A stretch of 64,000 nucleotides of DNA, from NCBI GenBank assembly GCA_965660855.1, contig CBFIBM010000003.1, forward strand, positions 90,909 to 154,908, in the 5' to 3' direction. The DNA comes from an uncultured bacterium. Its GTDB lineage: Bacteria > Fidelibacterota > Marinisomatia > Marinisomatales > UBA1611. Under the pieces are notes generated by a model. The model saw nothing but the letters and a program-made list of their open reading frames with translations, was not told where the DNA came from and did no database searches. How positions within the stretch are numbered: the stretch's first letter is position 1; each line of letters begins with the position of its first letter. Both the position numbers and the translations under genes were made by a program. This document shows positions 41,740-51,050 of this stretch, piece by piece.

Positions 41740-43569
41740 ATGATAGATAATAAATTTTATACTTTAGTAATAATGTTTTTATTTAGTCAAGTAGTAATAT
41801 GCTCGACTGAAGAATTTGATGAAAAGCCAACCACAAGGAATCCTGATTTTGCATTAATAGATTCTTTAGTCGATTATAAATATGCACAACCTGAAAGAGC
41901 TATTACATTTGCAAGGACGGTCTTGCAAAGAAAGAAATATGCTACTGGAGGTTTTCCAAAGATCGAAAGCGCATTCTATAATCATTTAGGTGAAATTTAT
42001 CTTCGAATGAATCTACCTTCACAAGCTTTATCTTATTTTATTGAAGCAAAAAGGTTGCTCCCTAAGACTAAAACTCCATGGCTAGATGTTCAATTTGGAA
42101 ATGTCTATTACAATCAAGATATGATGATAAAGGCAAAAGAAGCTTATGGGAAAGCTCTTGATATTTTTTCTAAAACTAAAATTTCTGGAGATAGACTCGA
42201 TGGAAAAAAGACGGGTGGAAACTCCATTGCAGGAATTGCAACGTGTTATAGCAATCTTGGTAAGATAGAAATACAATTAAAAAATTATGAATCTGCATTA
42301 TCATATTTTGAATTAGCTTTGGAAATTAGAAAAGATTTTTATGATAATTTGGATAGCAATAGGGACATTCAATTTAACGTTTTAACGGGTGTACTGTACC
42401 AGTATTATTTGCTTGCAGAACTATATCATATTTGGGAAATGGATGATTTAGCTATGGAAAAAATTTCTTTAATTGATAGTATAGCTATTCCCATTTATAA
42501 TAAAAATAATCTGGATCCACTTCCTAGCCAAGATAAAGGGTTAAGGTTGATTTATCGTGTATTAGGTCTATCAAACGATATGAAAATAATTATTAAAACA
42601 AATGAAAAAAAATATAAACAAGCTAAACAAGCATCTATTTTAGCAAATATGTTTTTGAAAGATTGGCCTATTTATCTTTCTAGAAGCTATTCAAATAGTG
42701 CAAGGATGTATTTTGAGCAAGATAGTTTATATAAATCATTGGAACATATCGATGCAGGGATTCGGGTGTGTCAATTAAACGGTTTAGGCTTTGAAGAATT
42801 GGAACTCCTCAAATACAAAATGGAATTATTAGAAAAAAGCAATTTAAACAAAAGTGCAATTGATATTGCATCAAAAATATTAGATAAGAAGATCATTATT
42901 GAAAAGATGCAAATGTCTGATATGGTAGAGAGCGTTGAGATTAAATCTGAATTATACCAAAGTAGAAATGAGCTTTTAAAATCAAAAAGAAGACAAACCC
43001 TACTTCAGATTCTAATAGGTGTTTTAATATTAATTACTGGCTTAATTATAATTTCTTATAGAAATAAAAAAAGATATTCTGAGCAAATTGCAATTATCAA
43101 TGAGCAAGAAAATCAGATTACTCAAGTTGAATTGAAAAATAAAGAAGCTGAACTAGTTAATATCTCTACTTTTGCTCTATCAAAAAATGACCTTTTAATT
43201 AATATTATTAAAGAATTAGAATATCACATAACTCTCATAAATGATAAGGATGATCAAAAATCTTTAAAACCATTAAAAAAGAAAATTCAGAGCTTTATTG
43301 ATGATGGTATAGATTGGGAGGATTATAAACTTCAATTTTCTAATGTTTTTCCTAATTTTGTCGACTCATTGATAGCAAATAATCCAGATATTACAAATAA
43401 TGATATCAAGTTATGTTGTTATCTAAAGATGAATATGAATACAAAAGATATAGCGCAGCTTTTTGGCTTAACTGTCAGAGCCATAGAGAATAAACGATAT
43501 AGACTTAGGAAAAAGCTTTCATTAGAAAAAGATGTTAGTCTTATGTCCTTTATAAATAGCTTAAAATAG
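41740..43569 (+). CDS. Membrane-anchored TPR sensor with C-terminal LuxR-type HTH
   Basis: Signal peptide, TPR repeats (YNHLGEIY, YSNLG), single TM (ILIGVLILITGLIII), C-terminal KDIAQLFGLTVRAIENKRYRLRKKL. Confidence 0.9.
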   Translation: MIDNKFYTLVIMFLFSQVVICSTEEFDEKPTTRNPDFALIDSLVDYKYAQPERAITFARTVLQRKKYATGGFPKIESAFYNHLGEIYLRMNLPSQALSYFIEAKRLLPKTKTPWLDVQFGNVYYNQDMMIKAKEAYGKALDIFSKTKISGDRLDGKKTGGNSIAGIATCYSNLGKIEIQLKNYESALSYFELALEIRKDFYDNLDSNRDIQFNVLTGVLYQYYLLAELYHIWEMDDLAMEKISLIDSIAIPIYNKNNLDPLPSQDKGLRLIYRVLGLSNDMKIIIKTNEKKYKQAKQASILANMFLKDWPIYLSRSYSNSARMYFEQDSLYKSLEHIDAGIRVCQLNGLGFEELELLKYKMELLEKSNLNKSAIDIASKILDKKIIIEKMQMSDMVESVEIKSELYQSRNELLKSKRRQTLLQILIGVLILITGLIIISYRNKKRYSEQIAIINEQENQITQVELKNKEAELVNISTFALSKNDLLINIIKELEYHITLINDKDDQKSLKPLKKKIQSFIDDGIDWEDYKLQFSNVFPNFVDSLIANNPDITNNDIKLCCYLKMNMNTKDIAQLFGLTVRAIENKRYRLRKKLSLEKDVSLMSFINSLK

Positions 43570-43581
43570 CTATGTATTTAA

Positions 43582-43625
43582 TTTGAGTAGTTTTGGCGTA
43601 GTATTTATGTAGTATTGGAGTAAGG
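43582..43625 (+). promoter_or_regulatory. Four tandem 11-bp imperfect direct repeats upstream of the large operon
   Basis: TTTGAGTAGTT / TTGGCGTAGTA / TTTATGTAGTA / TTGGAGTAAGG; GTA core at 43587, 43598, 43609 and 43620. Confidence 0.7.
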
Positions 43626-43682
43626 CTTTTTGTAACTACTTATTCTTAATTTCTTCTAACTAAAAATGAGTTTTAATTTAAA

Positions 43683-45041
43683 ATGAAAGTAAAATATCTA
43701 ATTTTATTCGTCCTTTACTTACTCATCAGTTCCTGTGAGGATGTTGAAGTTGCATACCCTGGAAATAATCAATCTACCAGAGCTGTTGCTCCAAATGGTA
43801 CTGCTGACTGGTTAATTGCGCAAGTGAATGGCGTTGGGCAATTACCCGAAAATTCAGCTGCAGGGATTGATATAGCAACCTTGAATGCTGAAGATGAAAA
43901 TCCAGATGATGAGTTTTCTTATTCGATTGCAAGTCAGACTATTGGCAATACTTCAGGTGATTATTTCAGAATTGAGAAAGAAGAAGATGGAGATTTTAAA
44001 CTTGTTTTAAATAATAGTAGTATTAACTATGAATCTCTAAGCGGTGTAAAGGTAGTTACGATTAATATTTCAGTTGAGGATGATAGTCCTGATAAATTAA
44101 AAAGTGATTTTTCATTGGAAGTGGAAATAATTAATGTGAATGAGTCCCCTTATTTTATTAACCTAAGCTCAATTACCCCTTTCGCTGATGAATATGTTGA
44201 ATTTTCTTCTGGAAATTTAATTTGGGATGATATAGACGAAGGTGATAATCCAATTTTAAATACACAAGGTCCTGGCTGGTTAAATATAAGTAATGAAGGT
44301 TTGTTTAGTGGGTCACCCTCATCTTCAGATGTGGGTGTTAACTCATTTGTTTTGACCATTTCTGATGACGATAATCCACCGATCTCTGTAAGTGAGGAAG
44401 TAAATATTGAAGTAAGAGAGAATGTCGCTCCAATTTTTGAAAACGCGCCCTCATCACTATCAATTAAGGTAGGTTGTTATGATACAAATGAAAGCATTGT
44501 AAATCTAAATTGGCGAGATCCAAATAATGATGCTCCATATTTTTCTGGTAATGATTTGGTTTCATTTAGTTTTAATGAAAATATCTCCTGGTTAAATATT
44601 TCTGATGATGGAAATATATTTTGTGTTGATGCTCCTCAAAATACAGATGCGGCTGTTTCTGAAATTGAAATTACCATTGCTGACAATAGGCCGAGTAATC
44701 CAAAAAGCACAACAAAATCATTTGATGTTACAGTAATAGCAAATGATGCACCAAGTTTCACAAACCTTAATGGCTTTGCAGATGAAATGGATTCAGGTAC
44801 AGAATATATCTTTGAATTGGAATATGATGATCCAAATGACGATCTTCTCGCATTTGAATTGAAGTTTGCTATTGGTAATAATGTATTTGATTCTGATCAA
44901 TTAGGGTGGGTTAGTATTGATAATTCAGGAGAAATCACTCTAAGTCCAACATCGAGTAATGCTGGAGATTATACGATCAGTTTTATTATTTCAGATGAAT
45001 GCTTTGAAGTTTCAGAAGAAAAATCTTTTACAATTAGATAA
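43683..45041 (+). CDS. Lipoprotein with cadherin/putative-Ig repeats
   Basis: Lipobox LISSC; PEN, INYE, NVNESPYF, NDAPSF and WLNIS cadherin/Ig-type motifs. Confidence 0.85.
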   Translation: MKVKYLILFVLYLLISSCEDVEVAYPGNNQSTRAVAPNGTADWLIAQVNGVGQLPENSAAGIDIATLNAEDENPDDEFSYSIASQTIGNTSGDYFRIEKEEDGDFKLVLNNSSINYESLSGVKVVTINISVEDDSPDKLKSDFSLEVEIINVNESPYFINLSSITPFADEYVEFSSGNLIWDDIDEGDNPILNTQGPGWLNISNEGLFSGSPSSSDVGVNSFVLTISDDDNPPISVSEEVNIEVRENVAPIFENAPSSLSIKVGCYDTNESIVNLNWRDPNNDAPYFSGNDLVSFSFNENISWLNISDDGNIFCVDAPQNTDAAVSEIEITIADNRPSNPKSTTKSFDVTVIANDAPSFTNLNGFADEMDSGTEYIFELEYDDPNDDLLAFELKFAIGNNVFDSDQLGWVSIDNSGEITLSPTSSNAGDYTISFIISDECFEVSEEKSFTIR

Positions 45042-45061
45042 ATTAAAAAAAAGGAATTAAC

Positions 45062-45460
45062 ATGAAGTTGAGATCAGATATTAATGCAATGACCGCCCTT
45101 GTTTATGGAGGAGCAGCATTCTTACTTGTTATCGTAGGGTTTAGGTCTATTCTAGCAACATTAGGAGATCATGTTGGTGTGATGACTTACTTATCTATTG
45201 CTGCACTTGGTTTAGAATTTGTACTTTTAATTTTATACGCAAAGGCTATTTATAACTTGGGTCCAGATTCAGGTGAAAGTAAAGTCAGCGCTGGGGCAAG
45301 TGTTGCGAACATGGATAGTAAAGAGATATCAGAGTTAACCAAAGCAGTAATAAAAGTTGCTGAAATGGGCGAGGGTTTAGCAAATCTCTCAAATGGGAAA
45401 GTTCGTGATGAAGTGAAAAAAGAGGTTAATGATATTCTTTCGAAAGCAATTAAGAAATAG
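45062..45460 (+). CDS. Putative GldL/PorL-like motor subunit (2 TM plus short cytoplasmic tail)
   Basis: TM1 VYGGAAFLLVIVGFR; TM2 with intramembrane Glu (ALGLEFVLLILYA); AAGGA RBS; resemblance judged by eye. Confidence 0.62.
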   Translation: MKLRSDINAMTALVYGGAAFLLVIVGFRSILATLGDHVGVMTYLSIAALGLEFVLLILYAKAIYNLGPDSGESKVSAGASVANMDSKEISELTKAVIKVAEMGEGLANLSNGKVRDEVKKEVNDILSKAIKK

Positions 45461-45469
45461 GTCTATAAA

Positions 45470-46909
45470 ATGAAAAAAGTAGAAGTCTATTTTCTAATCA
45501 ATCTTGGTGCTATACTTAGCCTGTTTGCTATTGAAGGTGAGCTGTCTATTTATATGCAAAGACAAGATGATATTTTAAAGAATGTTGCTCAAGATAAGCT
45601 TCAAACGCTTGTTGAAATAAGCAATGTTGAATCAAATTATGATGATTCCGATTATTACAGGTTATTTTTCGATGTTGAAGGACAATATGAACAAGGTTCA
45701 ATCGAGTTTAATCCTAGTTTTACTACTCCAATTGTAGAGGTTGATGGCGACTCGATAAAAGTAGATGATTCATATGTATGGGAATTGGATTCTGTTAATA
45801 TCGAGCCTTATACAGAAGAGGGGGATAAAAATAGATATGTAGCTAAGGTCAAGCTTGCATCCATTGAGGATAACTATCTAAATCAACCCTTTGATATAAA
45901 CCTAGGTGTGAATTTCATTCCCGCTATTGACACTGTTACTTACGCAAAATGGACAAAGGCGTTTGGAGATTACACAGTTACAGACAAATTGTTGAAGATA
46001 ATCGATGATGAAGTTTCCTCAAAAGGAAGCTTTGAAATGGAGAGGGAATTTGACACCCCGGTAACACTGATTTATATGGATGGTCAGCAAGCAGAGTTTT
46101 TTGTTTTGTTTGATAAAGAAAAGTATACTGTGTTAAGAGGTTTGGATTGGGAGATTCCGTTCAGTATTGGTGGGGTGAATTCTGAAGCTGATTTTGATAT
46201 TGAGATATCAAGTGGCAAAGATTTAGTAAAAGAGTCTCAACCAGGGTTGCCAAGATCATTTATCAAAGGTAAAGGTACGAGTGATGGAACTGTTGAAATT
46301 GTTGGGCTGAGGAAAAGAGATAAAAAATCTAGTATTACTAAGGCTAAGATAGTAGTAGTGGATCCACAGTATAGTTCTCCAACTGAAGACAAAGAAATTT
46401 ACATTGGAGAGCAGTATGTTTTTGATAGCAGAGTTAAAGATGTAGACAGAGATAGAATTTCTGTGAAAATTTCTGGATCTGCGGTAAACTCAAAAACTTT
46501 TAACTCTTACGAAGCAAAATTAAAACCTAAAAGTCGAGGAAAAGTTAAATTCCAAACTTTTGTTGATGGGAAAGCTGTAAAAGGATTATTTCGTGAAGTT
46601 TCTGTAAAGAAAATTCCACCGCCTAAGCTTGAGTTTAAGCGTTTAGGAAAAGGATCAAATAATATGATGGTTACAGTTACAACATATGGAAATAATAATG
46701 GTAAAAAAGCTGTAGTCCCTCTCTCTGGTATTTATGGAAAACTAGACGAAGAGCAAGCTGAAAAACGGGTTGGAAATCGAAGAGTTGTTAAATACAGCTT
46801 TGAAATGGACGAGCCACAATTTGGAACAACCACTGAGATAAGAATAAAAGTTGTGGATAAATATAAAGCAGAAACTGTCTCAGACAATGAATTTGAATAT
46901 TATGATTAA
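45470..46909 (+). CDS. Putative GldM/PorM-like single-pass protein with large periplasmic Ig-like region
   Basis: N-terminal TM YFLINLGAILSLFAIEGE; beta-rich periplasmic part; VSVKKIPPP resembles the GldM FRVK.IP.P linker; directly follows the GldL-like gene. Confidence 0.55.
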   Translation: MKKVEVYFLINLGAILSLFAIEGELSIYMQRQDDILKNVAQDKLQTLVEISNVESNYDDSDYYRLFFDVEGQYEQGSIEFNPSFTTPIVEVDGDSIKVDDSYVWELDSVNIEPYTEEGDKNRYVAKVKLASIEDNYLNQPFDINLGVNFIPAIDTVTYAKWTKAFGDYTVTDKLLKIIDDEVSSKGSFEMEREFDTPVTLIYMDGQQAEFFVLFDKEKYTVLRGLDWEIPFSIGGVNSEADFDIEISSGKDLVKESQPGLPRSFIKGKGTSDGTVEIVGLRKRDKKSSITKAKIVVVDPQYSSPTEDKEIYIGEQYVFDSRVKDVDRDRISVKISGSAVNSKTFNSYEAKLKPKSRGKVKFQTFVDGKAVKGLFREVSVKKIPPPKLEFKRLGKGSNNMMVTVTTYGNNNGKKAVVPLSGIYGKLDEEQAEKRVGNRRVVKYSFEMDEPQFGTTTEIRIKVVDKYKAETVSDNEFEYYD

Positions 46910-48647
46910 AAAACACCATATTTCTACTCTCTTATTTTTAAGTAGCACTCTATTATTTGGTCAAAAATCAATCTACTGGGAAGTAGCTGATCCTGTTGTG
47001 AACAGCGAGTTCATCGAATCTTATATTAATAGATTGATTGAGGTTGATAAATTTGAGCAAAATACCATTCAAGCTTCTCATACAATCATTGTCCAAATGG
47101 ATATTGAAAATGATAAAATTAGTTTAGAAAAACTCAAAGCTAAAAATTATCAAATGGGAGAGTACCAATCTTTTGATATGGAAGAAATTGAAAAGATGGA
47201 TCCTGTCCAGATTAATACATTAATGTCGCGAGAGTACAAGTGGAAAGATGTAAGTCGAAGAGATTTGTCTGAGTTAGAAGCTTTTAGTACTGTAGATAAT
47301 GTATTTCAAGAGCGTAGTTTTAAAGATGCTAGAGATGCATTTTGGTGGTCGAATTCTCAAATAAGCGTCAGTACTGCTCAGAAGGTTTTTATTAGACAGA
47401 AAAGTAATAGTCTTGCATTTCGTTTGGAGAAGGGTTTTCTTGACCTTGGACTGTCAAGAGAATTGTCTGAAAATTTGATTTTAGGCATTTCAAATGATGT
47501 TGTGAGCTCATATCTCATTATACCTGGAGCAACTAATTCTACAGCTATGGGTATTGGGCATCCTTTAGAAGGAAATTTAGGCTTTGGCTTTAAGTTTGAC
47601 ACTCATACTCTTGGTGGTCAGGTTAACTATATGGATGTCGATGGTCAGGATTATGACTATTCAAAAGTTTTTAGCAGAAAACATTTGGTGATCCCATCAA
47701 GTAGTGGACTATTATATTGGAGCAATACTTTCCAAATTAATAGAAATGTTGATTCCAAGTATGGTAATAAAGTTAAAGATCAAAAAAAAGAAAAAGCCAA
47801 AGCAGAAAAAGCAATCTCGAAATCTAGAGAATGGAATACTGGATCAGACAAATTTAATGGAGTATTTCAGGTAATGGAAGAAGAGACTGTTACTTTTATT
47901 GTTGATAGAGATAATAAAGCACACAAGTTAGCAGAAAAGGGTAAAGAGTGGACGACAAAATCAGGAAGTGTTGTTAAAGCAGTTTTAACAAATAGAAACC
48001 CCAAAGAGATTACCCTGTTAAGAGCAAAGGATAATTTTAAAATTGTACTAAAATTAAGAGATCTATCCGAAGAGGATCAATCTTTTGTTGAAAGTTTAAA
48101 GTGGGATGGTAAAAAAACAAAAACTCTATCTATTGAGCAACTAAATCCCTCCGATCAACAGCTTATTAGAGCAGCGACAGGGACTGTGAAGGCAAGAAGC
48201 GGTAAAGGTCGTGAGCTAAAAGTCAGTGAACCATTTGCTTCAATGCGGTTGAAAGCAGGTCTTGCATTTACTCAATTTGTTCACGCTAGAGTTTTTGAAG
48301 ATAATTTAGTATCGGTAATTGATCGTACGTCTGGCTCTAATTCATTAGGGTTTTATGCAAAAGTTGAGGGAGTGACAGATAGTAAAAGCTCCAAAGGGTA
48401 TATCCAAGTAAATGTAGCAGGTAATGGATTTAAGGCATACGGGTTGGGTTTAGAGCATAATGTATGGAAAATGGTTAATTTAGGAGTGGATTTGACTCTT
48501 TACCCTGATAACAGTTTTATCGAATTTAAAAATGATCGAAATAATCCAGAAGATAAATGGAGATGGTATCCAGGGAGTCGCCCAGATGAAAATGGAAAGG
48601 GCGGAGGAACTCTTTTCTTTTCTCCTTATATTACTGTGAACTTCTAA
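46902..48647 (+). CDS. Putative outer membrane beta-barrel protein with inserted SHD1-like domains
   Basis: Signal peptide from ATG 46902; amphipathic strands; C-terminal PYITVNF; EWTTKSG...LRDLSEEDQSFV SHD1-like motif. Confidence 0.68.
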   Translation: MIKKHHISTLLFLSSTLLFGQKSIYWEVADPVVNSEFIESYINRLIEVDKFEQNTIQASHTIIVQMDIENDKISLEKLKAKNYQMGEYQSFDMEEIEKMDPVQINTLMSREYKWKDVSRRDLSELEAFSTVDNVFQERSFKDARDAFWWSNSQISVSTAQKVFIRQKSNSLAFRLEKGFLDLGLSRELSENLILGISNDVVSSYLIIPGATNSTAMGIGHPLEGNLGFGFKFDTHTLGGQVNYMDVDGQDYDYSKVFSRKHLVIPSSSGLLYWSNTFQINRNVDSKYGNKVKDQKKEKAKAEKAISKSREWNTGSDKFNGVFQVMEEETVTFIVDRDNKAHKLAEKGKEWTTKSGSVVKAVLTNRNPKEITLLRAKDNFKIVLKLRDLSEEDQSFVESLKWDGKKTKTLSIEQLNPSDQQLIRAATGTVKARSGKGRELKVSEPFASMRLKAGLAFTQFVHARVFEDNLVSVIDRTSGSNSLGFYAKVEGVTDSKSSKGYIQVNVAGNGFKAYGLGLEHNVWKMVNLGVDLTLYPDNSFIEFKNDRNNPEDKWRWYPGSRPDENGKGGGTLFFSPYITVNF

Positions 48648-48660
48648 AAACGGAACTTAT

Positions 48661-50979
48661 ATGACTCTAGTATTTAAATATTTTACAATTTTAGCTTTTT
48701 CATCAACGCTTATTTTTAGTCAAAATGAGTTAAAATTAAAAAAAGACAAAGCGCAGGTTACCGAGGATGAAAGCATTAAAATAGATGTCTTAAAAAATGA
48801 CGGAATTAAAGATAAAAGTAACCTAATAATTAAGATTGAAAAACAAGCTCAAAAAGGAGTTGCCGTACTATCTGGGAAAATGATCGAGTATACCCCCAAT
48901 AGTAATGAAAGTGGATCAGATAGTTTTACATACTCAGTTGATATTGGTACTGGAGCTGGTACAGCTGAAGTCTCTGTCAAAATTAAATCAGTAAATGATG
49001 AACCCACCGGACTTAGTCTTTCTAGTAAGACAATTAAAGAAAATAAACCTGAAGGGACATTAATTGGTAAGCTAATTGTTGATGATCCAGATATGAATGA
49101 TACTTTCAACTTTGGTCTATCTAGAGATAGTAAAGCAGATTTTCGAATTGATGGTGAAAAGTTACTTTCAAAAAGATCATTTGATTATGAGGAGCAAAGT
49201 AAATATAATTTATCAATACAAGTATCAGACGCAGCAGGTGAATCTAATGTTTTTGATATAGCAGTGAATATTGAAAATGAAAATGAAGCTCCAAAACTCA
49301 TTGGGGATAAAGACTTAAACATTAATCACCCGGAAGATGCGGGAAAAATTGTGGCAAGAATTCAAGTAGAAGACCCTGATTCTGACCAATCGGGTCTTAA
49401 ATACAAGCTTACTAAGAGTCTAGATAAGGAACATTTTAAAATCACTCGTAGTGGCGATATCTCATTTTTAAAAGAGCCGGATTTTGAAAACCCAAAAGAT
49501 AAAAATAAAAATAATACTTATAATGTTTCATACAAAGTAACAGATAGTAAAGACCCTTCCCTTTCCATTGAAGGAGAAGTTACTATTAATCTTCTTGATG
49601 CTGAGGAAACAGAAGTTAAGGCTTTGGACAAAAGGAAATTTATTGCTTGGTCTGTAGATCATCAACCATATCACATTTTGATGGAAGAAGCCGTAGAGGA
49701 TTATTTGAAATTAAAATATTCTGATGATTCTATTGATGAGGCAGTTGATGATGGATATGGTGCTAGTATTCAGGAACTAAAGCCAACAGATCAAATTATT
49801 ATTGTTCAGCAAAAAGGTAATAATAGTGAAATTTATGAAATTTGGTATGGTAACGGATTAGACTATACCATAATCGATAGAGAAAAAGTGGATTGGATTT
49901 TTAGTCAGGATATACAATCTGTTCTTGTCACAAAAGATCAATATCTTAATAGTGATTCAGAGACAGTATTTCATAAAAGTGAAAGTGATAGATTGATGGC
50001 TAGCTATGGAAATGAATTTTCTGTCTGGCACTCCAATAATTTCAAAATGTCACTTGCTTCCTTTTCTATGAGATCGAATTTATTGCAATACGCATCTAAT
50101 ATGCGTGTAGGAAATAAATTAATAGGAATTCCAGGTGAGCTTGGTGCAGGGGCAGAATTTGGTATTGCGACACAACGATCAGAATTTGGTTTTCGATTGC
50201 CAATTTCATTTGATTTTGCAACATCTAATTCTGATGGTATTGATTTACCAGAAGCTGATAATTTAGGGTTGTATGCACGTGGAAATATTGAAAATTTATT
50301 TTCAACTAATACTGATTTTCATGGATTGATTGGGTTTTCTTTTTATTCACCAAGTGTTGGTAATGTTTTAAGTTCCCCTAAAGATTTAGAAAGTGACAGT
50401 ACAAAGTGGGGGGCTATAAACGACTCCACTGAAAATATTAATATTTTAGATAGCTATGCTTTATTTGGTGCGACTGTTCAAGTTCCAGTAAATGCACCTT
50501 TTATTGGTCGCTTAACCGCAACACCGGGTATTCATTACATAAAGATAGCCCACCGTTTAAAAGATAAGCGCTATTCAGCAGATGATGACTTGTATGAAAG
50601 GCTTTATTATAATCAAATGTTTGAGCAAAATGATAGTACTTTGACTTTCAATTCAGAAAAATTAAATGATGAAAATGAATCTTTTACATCTCTATCATCT
50701 TTTTACTTACGATTTGATCTACTAGGGAAAATAGGGGAAAAGCCTAACGTAATTGAGAGATTATCATTCTTGGATTTCATTAAAATTTCCAATGTCCCTT
50801 TTTATGAGGTTTCATTACAGTTTATTCCCGGTTTTAATACAATCAGCACACTGAATGTGAATTTCTCAGACCAATTTGGCATGTCTTTGACACGTTTGTC
50901 TTCCGATGATGCATTAAAAGGAAATTGGATGCCAGAATCAAAACTTTGGTTTGGATTTAATTATCGTGCTAATTTTTAA
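48661..50979 (+). CDS. Ig/cadherin-repeat protein with putative C-terminal beta-barrel
   Basis: Signal peptide; IDVLKND/YTP/DSFTY Ig domain; FDYE, PDFENP and NEAP cadherin motifs; C-terminal WFGFNYRANF. Confidence 0.75.
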   Translation: MTLVFKYFTILAFSSTLIFSQNELKLKKDKAQVTEDESIKIDVLKNDGIKDKSNLIIKIEKQAQKGVAVLSGKMIEYTPNSNESGSDSFTYSVDIGTGAGTAEVSVKIKSVNDEPTGLSLSSKTIKENKPEGTLIGKLIVDDPDMNDTFNFGLSRDSKADFRIDGEKLLSKRSFDYEEQSKYNLSIQVSDAAGESNVFDIAVNIENENEAPKLIGDKDLNINHPEDAGKIVARIQVEDPDSDQSGLKYKLTKSLDKEHFKITRSGDISFLKEPDFENPKDKNKNNTYNVSYKVTDSKDPSLSIEGEVTINLLDAEETEVKALDKRKFIAWSVDHQPYHILMEEAVEDYLKLKYSDDSIDEAVDDGYGASIQELKPTDQIIIVQQKGNNSEIYEIWYGNGLDYTIIDREKVDWIFSQDIQSVLVTKDQYLNSDSETVFHKSESDRLMASYGNEFSVWHSNNFKMSLASFSMRSNLLQYASNMRVGNKLIGIPGELGAGAEFGIATQRSEFGFRLPISFDFATSNSDGIDLPEADNLGLYARGNIENLFSTNTDFHGLIGFSFYSPSVGNVLSSPKDLESDSTKWGAINDSTENINILDSYALFGATVQVPVNAPFIGRLTATPGIHYIKIAHRLKDKRYSADDDLYERLYYNQMFEQNDSTLTFNSEKLNDENESFTSLSSFYLRFDLLGKIGEKPNVIERLSFLDFIKISNVPFYEVSLQFIPGFNTISTLNVNFSDQFGMSLTRLSSDDALKGNWMPESKLWFGFNYRANF

Positions 50980-51050
50980 ATCCTAGATTCTTTATTTGAG
51001 GACTAAAGTAAAGAGAATTTTTTTTAATTAAAACCTGGACAAAGAACTAA

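Noticed and set aside
43582..43625. 11-bp repeats considered as mini-CRISPR or replication iterons
   Set aside because: No spacers and no rep gene; position and the second copy at 41678-41720 fit an operator better
46851..46901. GTG start of the 598-aa ORF
   Set aside because: ATG 46902 lies just before the upstream stop and gives a clean signal peptide
45062..46909. MotA/MotB or ExbB/ExbD assignment for the membrane pair
   Set aside because: First protein has only two TM segments and the second lacks an OmpA-like or ExbD domain; pattern fits GldL/GldM better
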